Under the pieces are notes generated by a model. It was given only the letters and a program-made list of their open reading frames with translations. It had not been told where the DNA came from and searched no databases. Source: an uncultured Rhodopirellula sp. (GTDB lineage Bacteria; Planctomycetota; Planctomycetia; Pirellulales; Pirellulaceae). Taken from it: 64,000 nucleotides of DNA. A program made the translations under genes and the position numbers. The stretch lies in assembly GCA_964007735.1 (NCBI GenBank), contig CAXGAI010000020.1, positions 1 to 64,000 on the forward strand, in the 5' to 3' direction. Below are positions 37,818-47,978 of this stretch, piece after piece (the first letter of the stretch is position 1; every line of letters starts with the position of its first letter).

Positions 37818-38534
37818 TTAATCGTCCGGATACAGGATGGCTCCGCAACTGCCGCAGATTGTGAGTTTACCGGTTAATACGTCATTCATCATTTGAGCAG
37901 TGATTTGTCGATAGCAGTTTCCACAACAGTTGTCGCTAACTCCGGCAAGCGCGTCCGCGCCGCGTGCCGTTACAATCCGCTTATATTCGCTCACAAACTC
38001 AGAAGGCAAATCTACTTCAGTGGAGTTAAGTTCTGTCTCGACGCGGTCGAGGTCTATTTTTAAGGATGCCTCGCGCTCGCTAATCTGAGTTGCGGTCGTA
38101 TCATAAACTTGCGTTGCCTCCACCACATTGGTTTCTAACTCAGAGGCCAGCAATTGTTGTTGGTCAATTGCTTCGTAGGCTAAGAGAATCGTGTCCGACA
38201 ACTCGTTGTTGGCTTCTTCTTCGGTCTGGATTTCACCTTTGAGTGTTTGGTACTCTTTATTTGATGCACATTCTTTGAGTCGGGCCTGGCGGTCGGCAAT
38301 TTTAGCTGCGCGTTCTTCGAGGACGAGTTCTTGTTCTTTAGCAGCTAAGTGCAGTGTTTGGATTTGTTGTTTTTGTGCATGGAGGGAAGCTTCGGATTGC
38401 TGCACTTTGGCCTTTGCTGTTTTGACCAATTTTGGGCACCGTTCCAGTTGGCCTCGTATGTCCGCGAGTTGTTGATGGATGCGGTGAAGATCCCGTAAAA
38501 CATTTAGAACGGCCGTCATTGAAACGAACTCCAT
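37818..38534 (-). CDS. Coiled-coil protein with C-terminal C4 zinc ribbon (CT398/HP0958-like)
   Basis: Long heptad region with NKEYQTLKGEI, then CGNC...CGSCGAILY. Confidence 0.85.
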   Translation of the reverse strand: MEFVSMTAVLNVLRDLHRIHQQLADIRGQLERCPKLVKTAKAKVQQSEASLHAQKQQIQTLHLAAKEQELVLEERAAKIADRQARLKECASNKEYQTLKGEIQTEEEANNELSDTILLAYEAIDQQQLLASELETNVVEATQVYDTTATQISEREASLKIDLDRVETELNSTEVDLPSEFVSEYKRIVTARGADALAGVSDNCCGNCYRQITAQMMNDVLTGKLTICGSCGAILYPDD

Positions 38535-38579
38535 TTGCGTACAACTAGTATTATCCAGATTGGTGTTCTTAAATATAAC

Positions 38580-38610
38580 AAAAAAACCGTCACCATAGTG
38601 GCGACGGTTT
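38580..38610 (-). terminator. Intrinsic terminator after rpoD
   Basis: Minus strand AAACCGTCGCCA-cta-TGGTGACGGTTTTTTT. Confidence 0.85.
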
Positions 38611-38637
38611 CGGTTGGTCAGGAATCAGGCGAAAAGT

Positions 38638-40305
38638 CTAGTTCGAGGCCTCTGAAAGAAAACCCTCCAGTTGGCCGCTTCTTACAGGGTTTTGAAGCTT
38701 TCGAACCGCTTTGGCTTCGATTTGCCGGACACGTTCGCGGGTTACTTTGAAGATCCGCCCGACCTCTTCCAGGGTATATGTGTAGCCATCCCCAAGTCCA
38801 TAGCGCAACCGAATAATCTCCCGTTCCCTATATGTCAGCGTTTTAAGCAGGCCTTCAATTTTATTTCGTAGTAGTCCATTACTAGCGGCTCGAACCGGAT
38901 TGTCGCTCCCTGCGTCCTCCACAAATTCCCCGAAGCTGTTGTCTTCACCGTCGCCGACTGGTTTGTCGAGGGAAACCGGGTGTCGACCGATGTCCATAAT
39001 GCGGCGAACTTCATCAATTTCCAAGCCGGATCGCTTGGCCATCTCGTCGAAAGATGGATGACGGCCAAGTTCCTGTAGCATTTGTTTTTGTAGATTGCGT
39101 AGCTTGGATAGGATGTCGATCATATGGACCGGGATGCGGATGGTACGGCCCTGATCGGCGATAGCCCTTGTAATGGCCTGCCGAATCCACCAGGTTGCGT
39201 AGGTCGAGAACTTGAAACCCCGACGATATTCGTATTTGTCGACCGCTCTCATAAGGCCCGTGTTTCCCTCTTGGATGAGGTCAAGGAAACTCAGTCCTCG
39301 GTTACGGTATTTTTTGGCAATGGAGACAACTAACCGAAGATTTCCACTGGAAAGTTCCTGCTTGACTTCGTCGTAATATTCAAACTTGCGTTTGATTTCT
39401 AAGCATCGACGACGGAGGCTACTAGGCGTTTCCTGAGTCAGAATCATCAGATCCCGTAATTCGCGTTTGAGATTGGTACGTTGATGTTTAGCAGTATTGG
39501 TTCGCTGGCCTTTTAATTGGCCGATTTCACATTGGAGGAATTCCATACGGTCGGCAAAATTCGCCATCTGCTTCATAAGAGGGAGTATACGACGGGTTCG
39601 CAGACTTAGTTCTTCCACAAGACAGACGGCCTTTTGACGACCGCGCAGGAAGTGAAGGCGGGCGTCAGTTTTTTCCTGCTTGGAACTTGCTTTTGAAAGC
39701 AAGGTTTTGAAGGCTTTGTGATTACTATCAAGTAGGCAGCCAAGTGTTTTGAGATTGTGAGGCATTCGCGCCTGAATTTGTTCTTTGCTGAGTCTCTCGG
39801 TTAGAGAGATCTTAATTGTTCGATCGAAAGGTAGCTCGCCTTCGTGGACTCGTTTTAGCGTTTCAAACGTAGTTCGCAGGGCGTAGTCGCAACAGAGAAC
39901 ACTGCGGCGAAATTTTCGTCGGGCGCGTTCAATTTTTTTGGCCAGTCCAATTTCTTCGTCCCGTGTCAGCAGTGGGATTTCAGACATTTGGGCAAGATAA
40001 AGGCGAATGGGATCGTCGCTTAACTTAGGCATACCGGTCGTCGACATCGCTGGGATTTCCGCAGCGGGTGCCTTCGTCAATTTTGGCCGAGCAACTTTGG
40101 CCGCCGGTTTTTGAGTATCGACCGCAGTGGGCCTTTCATCAAGGATTTTGATGCCTTTGTCTTCCAGTTGGATGAGTAGTTCATCAACCTTTTCAGGTTC
40201 AAACTCATCGTCGGGTAGTATCTCGTTGATCTCATCAAAGGTCAGGTAACCCTGTGTTTTTCCTTTAACGACTAATAATTCAAGTTCTTCTTCGAAAAAC
40301 TCCAC
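38638..40305 (-). CDS. rpoD: Primary-type RNA polymerase sigma-70 factor
   Basis: GKTQGYLT (1.1), DDPIRLYL (1.2), [48 protein letters not shown] start after AGGAGG; follows dnaG. Confidence 0.93.
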   Translation of the reverse strand: MEFFEEELELLVVKGKTQGYLTFDEINEILPDDEFEPEKVDELLIQLEDKGIKILDERPTAVDTQKPAAKVARPKLTKAPAAEIPAMSTTGMPKLSDDPIRLYLAQMSEIPLLTRDEEIGLAKKIERARRKFRRSVLCCDYALRTTFETLKRVHEGELPFDRTIKISLTERLSKEQIQARMPHNLKTLGCLLDSNHKAFKTLLSKASSKQEKTDARLHFLRGRQKAVCLVEELSLRTRRILPLMKQMANFADRMEFLQCEIGQLKGQRTNTAKHQRTNLKRELRDLMILTQETPSSLRRRCLEIKRKFEYYDEVKQELSSGNLRLVVSIAKKYRNRGLSFLDLIQEGNTGLMRAVDKYEYRRGFKFSTYATWWIRQAITRAIADQGRTIRIPVHMIDILSKLRNLQKQMLQELGRHPSFDEMAKRSGLEIDEVRRIMDIGRHPVSLDKPVGDGEDNSFGEFVEDAGSDNPVRAASNGLLRNKIEGLLKTLTYREREIIRLRYGLGDGYTYTLEEVGRIFKVTRERVRQIEAKAVRKLQNPVRSGQLEGFLSEASN

Positions 40306-40398
40306 GTGTTATGCCCTCCTGCGTGTCATACGCTCCATCTCACGCTTCATATCTCACTGTTGTTACAGTGACACTGAAGGATGGTCCCATCCCTGGGA

Positions 40399-42249
40399 TT
40401 ACGTTAGTCCCTGGTCTTCACGTTCCTGATCGATCAACTGTTGAAGTAAATCCGTCTCTTCTTCAGCGGATACTTCTTTATTTTCGATTCTCCTCATTAA
40501 CTCGCGACGTTCGCCATCGCGGATTTGTTTGGAAATCGAATTAATCAACGAATCTAAACGTTGTTCCGGGGTAAGTTGCGATTTGCTGGCCTTGTTTTTA
40601 GCGTTTTCTGCTGCATCGACCAATACGAATTTGAGTTGCGGGTCCTCAATTTCTAATAATATTTGTTCAAAATTTGTGGAGAGCCCCTCGAGGACACGAT
40701 TTGTGTAAATTCCGTATATATACTTCATGGCTCCGGAGGCAAGGTCGTCAACATAAATTTCGCGCGCGGCACCCGGTGCGAGGTCTGGGCGTTCGGTTAA
40801 CAGTTCCAACAATTCGGTTTCCATCGGCGTTAGTCGTACTCGTTGACGTGGCGTTGGATGTTGTGGTACTTCATCAAAATGGCTTGCTGTTTTCTCCGCC
40901 GCCTGATTTCTAATGGTCACCAGTTGATTGTGAATTTCACTAAGTTCGAGAGAAAAAGTGCGGGAAAGTCGCCCAAGGATCAATTGCTCCCGTTGTCGGG
41001 TTGCGACATCGGTCGCGACTTGGTCAGCTGAAACTAAGGCGATCGTCTTTAGAATGTTCTGCAGAGCTGCATTCGCGGCATGGGTATCACGTAAAGGATC
41101 GACATTCGCCAACTCAACATCTAATTTGTGTTGGAGTGCATCCGCGGCTTTGTCAATTAATTCAAGAAACGATTCGGTACCGTAAGTCTGGAGGAAGTCG
41201 CAGGGATCAAGGCCTTCAGGTAGGGTGAGCACACGTAAATCGAGTTGACCTTTAACAAAGTATTCCAAAACTTCGTTGGCCCGTTTCTTGCCGGCATCGT
41301 CGCCGTCAAGGACAAGTGTTACTATATCAGCGAGCCTTTTAAGGTTGCGAACATGGACCTCATTGATAGCGGTGCCTAATACGGCAACAACGTTGGAAAG
41401 CCCGTATTGGCTGGCCATAATCACATCGGTATAACCCTCCATGACGAGGACTTTGCCACCTTTGCGAATCGCGTCAATAGCAACATCGATCCCGTAGAGG
41501 TTATCGCTTTTGGAGAAGATCTTTGTTTCGGGTGAATTCACATACTTGGCATTTTTGTCACCCGCAAATTGCGGCAGGATTCGACCTCCGAAAGCTACTG
41601 TCCGATCACGAGTATCGTGGATGGGAAACATAATTCGGCCGCGGAAGAAATCGTAGTGTTTCTTTCGGCTCTCGCTGTAGCCTAACAGGGCACACGCATG
41701 TAGGACTTGGGGTGAAAACTCAGTTCTTCCGGATTCACGTAGGAGAAACTCCCAGTCGTTGGGAGTATACCCGACTTTGTATTTTCGAATGCTGTCGCCG
41801 GTAATTCCTCGGTCTTGCAGATATTGCCGCGCCGTATCTGCCTCCGGCGAATGGAGAAGGTGATGGTGGAAAAGTTCCGCGGCCCAGCCGGCGGCTCTGA
41901 ATAATGTCCGTTTATCATCCGGACTACCAGGTTCGGCCTTTGGGCGGTTTGAGTTCTTGAGTTCGACGCCGGCAATATCGGCGAGTATCTCCAGGGCTTC
42001 GCGGAATTCTACCCCTTCACGTTGCATGATAAAACTGAAAATATCGCCGCCTAAATTGCAGGGCCAGCATTTCCAGGTTTGTCTATTTGGATCTACCTGG
42101 AGGCTGGGACGATTATCGGTGTGCCATGGACAGCGGCCCAGAAACAGCTTACCTCGTCGTTCCAGACTGATGGATTGACCAACTAAGTCGACAATGTCCA
42201 CCTTTTGGCGGATTTCTTCTTTGGCGTCATCTTGGAATCCGGTGGACAA
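40399..42249 (-). CDS. dnaG: DNA primase
   Basis: CPWH...CWPC Zn finger, FRGRIMFPI, KYVNSPET, EGYTDV, DGDDAG TOPRIM. Start chosen at TTG 42249 (ORF open to 42333). Confidence 0.95.
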   Translation of the reverse strand: MSTGFQDDAKEEIRQKVDIVDLVGQSISLERRGKLFLGRCPWHTDNRPSLQVDPNRQTWKCWPCNLGGDIFSFIMQREGVEFREALEILADIAGVELKNSNRPKAEPGSPDDKRTLFRAAGWAAELFHHHLLHSPEADTARQYLQDRGITGDSIRKYKVGYTPNDWEFLLRESGRTEFSPQVLHACALLGYSESRKKHYDFFRGRIMFPIHDTRDRTVAFGGRILPQFAGDKNAKYVNSPETKIFSKSDNLYGIDVAIDAIRKGGKVLVMEGYTDVIMASQYGLSNVVAVLGTAINEVHVRNLKRLADIVTLVLDGDDAGKKRANEVLEYFVKGQLDLRVLTLPEGLDPCDFLQTYGTESFLELIDKAADALQHKLDVELANVDPLRDTHAANAALQNILKTIALVSADQVATDVATRQREQLILGRLSRTFSLELSEIHNQLVTIRNQAAEKTASHFDEVPQHPTPRQRVRLTPMETELLELLTERPDLAPGAAREIYVDDLASGAMKYIYGIYTNRVLEGLSTNFEQILLEIEDPQLKFVLVDAAENAKNKASKSQLTPEQRLDSLINSISKQIRDGERRELMRRIENKEVSAEEETDLLQQLIDQEREDQGLT

Positions 42250-42566
42250 TTTGGGGGTCTCAGTTAGAACTAAGAAATCGGGTTGGTACGTTAGCTGATA
42301 ATAGTGATTATAGCCGTAATTGTTAAGTAGCATTTAGGTGAACGGCAGCAGACTTTAAAGGTATCCCGGAGTTTACTTAGCGAAACAGGGGGTTGTATTA
42401 GATCTCAAGTGCCCCCGCGACGTTGAGAGATTGATAACTGTTAGAGGTAATGGGTAAGCTCACAGGAAAATATGTTCTAAAAATTTGACTTCGGCCATAG
42501 CTATCCGTTATTTTCAAAAATAGACCCCTTAGTGACTCTGGGAGTCGCGGGTTTTCGTAAGAAATT

Positions 42567-43265
42567 ATGCCGAGTTCGATTATGGATGTCCCCGTTCATT
42601 GCCGTAGCGAAGCCTACCGGACCTTTTGCCATGAAATAGAGCACTTGGATGAGAGTCATGGTCTGCTTAATGCCGTGGTTGCCGTCTCCATGCATTTTCT
42701 TCCAAATACAGAAGTCCGAACGGTACAACTCGAAATTGATGAAATCGCGGCTCGTATTTTGTCCCGCGTCTCCAGCGGCAACCCAAGAGCTTTGGCTGCG
42801 CATCTTCATCATGTTCTTTTCGATGAGCTGGGATTTCATGGTGATGCCAACAACTATTTCAATCCCCGCAATAGTTTCTTGCCGTATGTCCTGGAGTCGA
42901 AACAGGGAATGCCCATCACTCTTACAATTATCTATAAGCTAGTAGCGGAACGAATTGGACTGGAGGTTGATGGAATCAGCAGTCCGGGGCATTTTCTGGC
43001 ACGTCTCCGCGTGGGAGAGGATTTGATGATCGTCGACCCGTTTTTCGGCGGCGATGTACTGAATTCTGAAGAACTGGCAGATCGCGTTGCTTTAACAACA
43101 GGCCAGCGCGAGGTCGTTCCGGTCGATCGGCTTCCTTCGGCGACGAATCGTCAGTGGGTAGCTCGAGTCATAGCGAACCTGATTCATATCTATTCGATGC
43201 AGGGGTGTCCTCAATCAATAGCAGCCATGTCTGAACTCTACGATGCTCTCAAAGTCACGTATTGA
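42567..43265 (+). CDS. SirB1 / transglutaminase-like (Transglut_core2) protein
   Basis: LGFHG..NYFNPRNS, GMPITL, PGHFL, VDPF. Confidence 0.85.
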   Translation: MPSSIMDVPVHCRSEAYRTFCHEIEHLDESHGLLNAVVAVSMHFLPNTEVRTVQLEIDEIAARILSRVSSGNPRALAAHLHHVLFDELGFHGDANNYFNPRNSFLPYVLESKQGMPITLTIIYKLVAERIGLEVDGISSPGHFLARLRVGEDLMIVDPFFGGDVLNSEELADRVALTTGQREVVPVDRLPSATNRQWVARVIANLIHIYSMQGCPQSIAAMSELYDALKVTY

Positions 43266-43277
43266 CTCCAAATGTTC

Positions 43278-43994
43278 TTAGTGATCGTGGGAGGCTTTGT
43301 TAGGGTCGTTGTCCAAATGTGCCTGGTTTACGTGGAGGTGGATCTCGGGCTGGTGTTTGAGAAGTTCTGATAGACCGTCGTTTGTTACGCCACAATTATC
43401 TAAATAGAGTGACTGCAACTGCTCGCTCGAATAGAAGGCTTTTAATCCCACGTCGGTAATCGGTATTTCGATGAAATGCAGAAATGCCAGATTCTCCATT
43501 TCAGCGATCGCGAGCATCGACGCATCGGTGACGCGGGGACTTCGAATGCGTAACAGTTCAATACGGGGATGATCTGCCAGTCGCTGTAAACCTTGATCGG
43601 TGAAGTCTGCATAGGGAAGGTTTAATACCTTTAGTGACTCAATGCTTAATAAGTCATCAATACATTCATCCGTGACTTTACTACGCACACGCAGATGAAT
43701 CATGTTCGGCATCGTGGCAATGGTAGCGATACCGCGATCTGTGATTTCACTTTCGTCTAATAACAGATTAGTGACGTTAGGATTGTCCCGCAAAAGCTCG
43801 AGCTCCTGATCGCTAATAGGGTGTTGTTCAATGTGAATTGTCGTCGTCTCCGGACTCATTAGTGCGTTGCGGATGACTTCCGCTGCCTCTACCATTTCAA
43901 TGGGAGTTGATTCATATTCTGTTTCGGTGTGAGAACATCCTATTAGTAATGAATGCAGTAGCAGTATGCCAAAAAGAGTTCGTTTAATTTTCAT
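43278..43994 (-). CDS. Leucine-rich-repeat lipoprotein
   Basis: Lipobox LIGC after ATG 43994; repeated LxxLxL...ITDxGL units. Confidence 0.8.
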   Translation of the reverse strand: MKIKRTLFGILLLHSLLIGCSHTETEYESTPIEMVEAAEVIRNALMSPETTTIHIEQHPISDQELELLRDNPNVTNLLLDESEITDRGIATIATMPNMIHLRVRSKVTDECIDDLLSIESLKVLNLPYADFTDQGLQRLADHPRIELLRIRSPRVTDASMLAIAEMENLAFLHFIEIPITDVGLKAFYSSEQLQSLYLDNCGVTNDGLSELLKHQPEIHLHVNQAHLDNDPNKASHDH

Positions 43995-44442
43995 ATCCAC
44001 ACCCGTTACAACGTGACACATACTGAGTGATTCCCCTACGGTTAGTCGTGACCAACGACATTCGTTCGCCGCAACGAGCACAGTAGTCATCTTCTGATTT
44101 TTCAGAAGTTATTTTATCAGCACAGGCGGTGCATGTTTCGACCGCCGGAAAGATTTCCACGCGTTCCGGATTAATGTCTTGATTACAGACGTTACATCGG
44201 CGAGTGGCCAGATCGTCGAATTCGTCTGACATGCGTGAAATGCTGACAGTGCCCTTGCCGCAGTCCTTACACTTGGCCGTCTCTGTTGTCGTTCTAAAAA
44301 GTTCTAGCATGACCTCTGTTTCAGGCACGGATTGTTTTAAGAGCTTACCCACACGATTTAGTTGCTGATGCATTTCAACCTCGGACAGGATGCGTTGCGT
44401 CTTGCAATTCTGGCAAGTTAATTGGAAATAGGAGGAGAGCAT
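43984..44442 (-). CDS. Hypothetical multi-Zn-ribbon protein with a DksA/TraR-type C4 finger
   Basis: Six CxxC pairs; central CNVCNQDINPERVEIFPAVETCTAC. Confidence 0.75.
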   Translation of the reverse strand: MLSSYFQLTCQNCKTQRILSEVEMHQQLNRVGKLLKQSVPETEVMLELFRTTTETAKCKDCGKGTVSISRMSDEFDDLATRRCNVCNQDINPERVEIFPAVETCTACADKITSEKSEDDYCARCGERMSLVTTNRRGITQYVSRCNGCGYEN

Positions 44443-44556
44443 CTTAGGAGATTCGCAACCGTATATCTGTAACCTGTTGTAGTAATGGTAAGTTGGAGGG
44501 CTTAGACTATAAGGGTAACAACAACCTAAAGCCCATTTTATTTCAAAGAGGATTAA

Positions 44557-45603
44557 TTGATGAAGGCCGGAAAGGTAACAATTTTAAGTGTATTGGTACT
44601 AACAACTGCATTGGCGACGTTGGGACTCCAGAAAGAACGCCCTCCAGCGGGTGAGGCATTCCTGACAGCAGCTGATGGTTTTCTTGGAACGTTGAATGAC
44701 GCGGAAAAGAAACTTGCAGTGATGGACTATGACAATAGCGAACGAGTAGCGTGGCACTTCATTCCCAAAGACAGTCGCAAGGGACTGGTCGTCAAAGACA
44801 TGAATACAAAACAAAGAAAAGCAGCTAGCCAAATTTTGAGGGCAGGGCTAAGTTTTCTGGGCTACAAGAAGTTCACGAATATTATGAAGTTGGAAGGTGT
44901 GCTCCATGAATTGGAAAAGGCGAGTCCGGGACGCTTTCCTCGTGATACCGAACTTTATTACTACACTCTTTTTGGAAAACCATCGAAAGATGGGAAATGG
45001 GGTGTGAGTATCGAAGGTCATCACATGTCTCTTAACTTTGTGATTGAGAATAATGTGGTTATTTCGTCGACGCCACAGGTCATGTGCTCGAACCCAACCA
45101 TCGTACCAGCAGATCTGGCAGGCTTTGAGAAAGGTGCTCGCGTTCTGGACAATGAGGAAACACTTGGTTTTGACTTAGTAAATTCATTAACTGATGAGCA
45201 AAAGAAGACGGCTGTCATCGCAGAAACGGCTCCTAAGGAAGTCCGCAATGCAGGACAGGCTCAGCCTCCACAAACACCCGCAGAAGGTATTTTGATTCGT
45301 GAGCTTGAAGACGAGCAAAAGAAGACGCTGCGTCAACTAATCATGACATACACACGTAGCATGGCTCCGGATATTGCAGCGAAACGTCTGTCAGATATCA
45401 AAGAGGCTGGTTGGGGTAAGGTTAAATTCTGCTGGGCTGGTGCTACCAAGCCAGGTGTTGGGCATTATTACCGAGTGCAAGGACCGACCTTTCTGATTGA
45501 GTTTGTAAATACTCAACCAGACGCGGCTGGAAATCCTGCCAGTCATATCCACTGTTTGTGGCGTGATACTCGAGGTGACTTTGCAATCGCGGTTGGAAAA
45601 TAG
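44557..45603 (+). CDS. DUF3500 family secreted protein
   Basis: Signal peptide, WHFIP, EGHHMSLN, FCWAG, HYYRVQGPTFLIEF, HIHCLWRD. Confidence 0.88.
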   Translation: MMKAGKVTILSVLVLTTALATLGLQKERPPAGEAFLTAADGFLGTLNDAEKKLAVMDYDNSERVAWHFIPKDSRKGLVVKDMNTKQRKAASQILRAGLSFLGYKKFTNIMKLEGVLHELEKASPGRFPRDTELYYYTLFGKPSKDGKWGVSIEGHHMSLNFVIENNVVISSTPQVMCSNPTIVPADLAGFEKGARVLDNEETLGFDLVNSLTDEQKKTAVIAETAPKEVRNAGQAQPPQTPAEGILIRELEDEQKKTLRQLIMTYTRSMAPDIAAKRLSDIKEAGWGKVKFCWAGATKPGVGHYYRVQGPTFLIEFVNTQPDAAGNPASHIHCLWRDTRGDFAIAVGK

Positions 45604-45630
45604 ACCACTTTTCGAAGTTAAAGAATCCGA

Positions 45631-45672
45631 GCGACTGCTTGTTTCCAACGCCGAAACAGGCAGTCGTTTTTT
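45631..45672 (+). terminator. Intrinsic terminator after the DUF3500 gene
   Basis: GCGACTGCTTGTTTC-caacgcc-GAAACAGGCAGTCGT-TTTTT. Confidence 0.85.
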
Positions 45673-45673
45673 C

Positions 45674-47923
45674 TTAGCGATTAAAGTAATCTCGCATGCG
45701 TTGGATCTGGTCAAGGTCCAATTCGTTGGGTCGGGTATCCAGGAAGTAGTCGAGGTCATCCACGGCCGCCTGTTTTCGTCCCGTCTCAAATCGGATGATG
45801 GCTCGCATCCCTCTGTTTTGTACGTGAGTCTCGTCCAGTGCCATCAGAACTTCAAGGTATCGCAACATGGATTCCTTATCCTCTTCGTCCTGCGCTAGTC
45901 CCAGCAGGTTATTTAACATTCGCATGAGAATAGTTTTAGCGGAGGCCGTTTCCAGAAAACGATCCTGAAACAGTGCGGGGCGACCATTGGTTGCCAGTGC
46001 CTTGACTTCATCTAGGTTAAGTATTCGGGCGTCATCAAAGGGATCCAAAAATACCGGTTTCCCATCGATCAGTTGTCGTACAATGAAGTGTCCAGGGATT
46101 CCGACTCCTTCGATGTCTAAGCCCAGCCGGGTTCCTAGTTCCATGTAGAGGATTGAGAGGGTGATAGGCAGGCCCTCTCGGTCGTCTAACAGTCGGTTCA
46201 TATAACTGTTCGCGCGGTGATAGTAGTCAAATCGGGCCCCGTGAAAGCCATTATCTTCATAGAGGTATTTATTTAATGCGTTGCGAATATCAGCAGGGTT
46301 ACAATCCTCTGCAAGTGTTGCCTGAATATCTTTAACCATACGGTCGACTTGACGCAGGTAAGCCGGGATATTGATTTCTTCTTCGTCTACCGAGGCGATA
46401 ATTAGAGAGGCCTTTAACAGGTCGATAGATACCTTGGCTTTTTCTTCGGTTTCTGAAAGGCGTTTTTCATAGGCCGCAAAGTAATCTCCCAGTTCTTTGG
46501 CAACGGCATTTGTATGGATGTCAGCGTCCAGCTTCTTTAGTTCGGCGAGTTTATCCTCGAGGCGCCTCGTTTCTTGTTGGACGATGGTTCGCGACAATTG
46601 AGGCGTGTCGAGAAATGGAGCTAGGCTTCCCGGTTTCAAATCTGCAATTGGGGGAACCTCGGAAATGGCAGCAGTGATCCGTTGTTTGGCCTCGTCACTC
46701 AGTGTGGAATGGTCGATTTCTTTGGCGACGACAAAATTACGAAAATCGGCGGAAGTCTCCCGGAATTTTGCTAAGCCGGGTTTGCCGGAAGTAAGGTTGC
46801 GGTTGGCGGATTCGAGTACCTGCTCTCCGTTAACGAACATCTTAAAATGGTCTTCCTCAATGCGAACTTTAAGGGTGTTGAATTCGCCGGACCGATAAGC
46901 TTCCGATGGCTGGTCGTAGAGAACGGTCCAGGTGAAAACGGAGGAACCTTCAAACAGTGTGAAGCGAATTTTATTGTTCGTCGGGTAGAATCCATAATGC
47001 TTGTTCCGACCGTCGGCAAAGAAGATCAGTCCGGCAGCTCCCTTTTCATCGTCGAGCTTGACTCGCACCTGAATCTCGTACGGAATTTCTGGAACTTCTC
47101 CTTGGTAGAGGCAAAGAGAACGTCCAGCAAATCCTGCGCCAGAACCGCCCGCAAGAATACGTCCTCCACGTTGCTTCCAATGAGGCCCAAATACGGGCTC
47201 CCAGTCACGGGGGTCGAGTGACCCGATCGTTAGCCATTTGTCGATACTGACGGGGTTAGGAGAGTCCAGGAGCGCTTTTAGCGGGGCAATATCGACGGCG
47301 AACCCAAGATTTGCAGTTACAAGAGACTTCATCGTGACGATCCCGTGTACGTTACCCTGCATATCAAGCACAGGCCCGCCGGAGTTGCCCGGCTCGATGG
47401 GGATTGCCAATTGCATCATTTTGCGGCCATCGATCTCGCGAACACCGGAGTTGATACCAGAGACGACACTATTTCGTAGTCCATGTGGGTTGCCCATCAC
47501 GATAATCGGTGCTCCCTGTGCTAAGGAATTAATATCGCCCATAGGTAACGCTGTTAAGTCGCTAGCCTCCACCTGAATAATGGCAAGATCCATAACCCGA
47601 TCGGATGCGTGGATACCGACGACTTTAAGTTCTTCACGAGACGCTGTTTCGACACGAAATTCACGTGAATCCCCGATGACATGAAGGTTCGTTACGATGA
47701 GGCCCTCTTGATCGACAACAAAACCGGTACCGACACCCTGATATTTACCGTCTCTGCCCATCGTGGAAATTGTGACTAAAGAGGGCTTGATGCTAGCGGC
47801 CAGCTGTTCGACAGTTTTAGATGTTTGTATTTCCTGTGCGTCCAGTAGGCGGTCTTGAAGGACAAAGAGACTTGCGATAAGTAGACAGGCAAGTTGGCGA
47901 TGACTTTTCATGAAAGGAGGCAT
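45674..47923 (-). CDS. Secreted trypsin-like serine protease fused to a DUF1080-like beta-sandwich and a SirB1/transglutaminase-like domain
   Basis: TNLHVI, DLAII and PGNSGGP triad; AGLIF..HYGF..LKVRI beta-sandwich; GFHG..YY..NSY, GLPITL, PGHF, DPF; TPR-like end. Confidence 0.87.
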   Translation of the reverse strand: MPPFMKSHRQLACLLIASLFVLQDRLLDAQEIQTSKTVEQLAASIKPSLVTISTMGRDGKYQGVGTGFVVDQEGLIVTNLHVIGDSREFRVETASREELKVVGIHASDRVMDLAIIQVEASDLTALPMGDINSLAQGAPIIVMGNPHGLRNSVVSGINSGVREIDGRKMMQLAIPIEPGNSGGPVLDMQGNVHGIVTMKSLVTANLGFAVDIAPLKALLDSPNPVSIDKWLTIGSLDPRDWEPVFGPHWKQRGGRILAGGSGAGFAGRSLCLYQGEVPEIPYEIQVRVKLDDEKGAAGLIFFADGRNKHYGFYPTNNKIRFTLFEGSSVFTWTVLYDQPSEAYRSGEFNTLKVRIEEDHFKMFVNGEQVLESANRNLTSGKPGLAKFRETSADFRNFVVAKEIDHSTLSDEAKQRITAAISEVPPIADLKPGSLAPFLDTPQLSRTIVQQETRRLEDKLAELKKLDADIHTNAVAKELGDYFAAYEKRLSETEEKAKVSIDLLKASLIIASVDEEEINIPAYLRQVDRMVKDIQATLAEDCNPADIRNALNKYLYEDNGFHGARFDYYHRANSYMNRLLDDREGLPITLSILYMELGTRLGLDIEGVGIPGHFIVRQLIDGKPVFLDPFDDARILNLDEVKALATNGRPALFQDRFLETASAKTILMRMLNNLLGLAQDEEDKESMLRYLEVLMALDETHVQNRGMRAIIRFETGRKQAAVDDLDYFLDTRPNELDLDQIQRMRDYFNR

Positions 47924-47978
47924 TAATGCACCTCTTAACTAATGGTTGAAAACCTTATTGTACCGAAAAATGATTTCT

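Noticed and set aside
42250..42566. Long divergent intergenic region upstream of dnaG as a riboswitch or ncRNA
   Set aside because: Only short weak hairpins and no RNA family I can recognise. An Rfam/Infernal scan would be needed.
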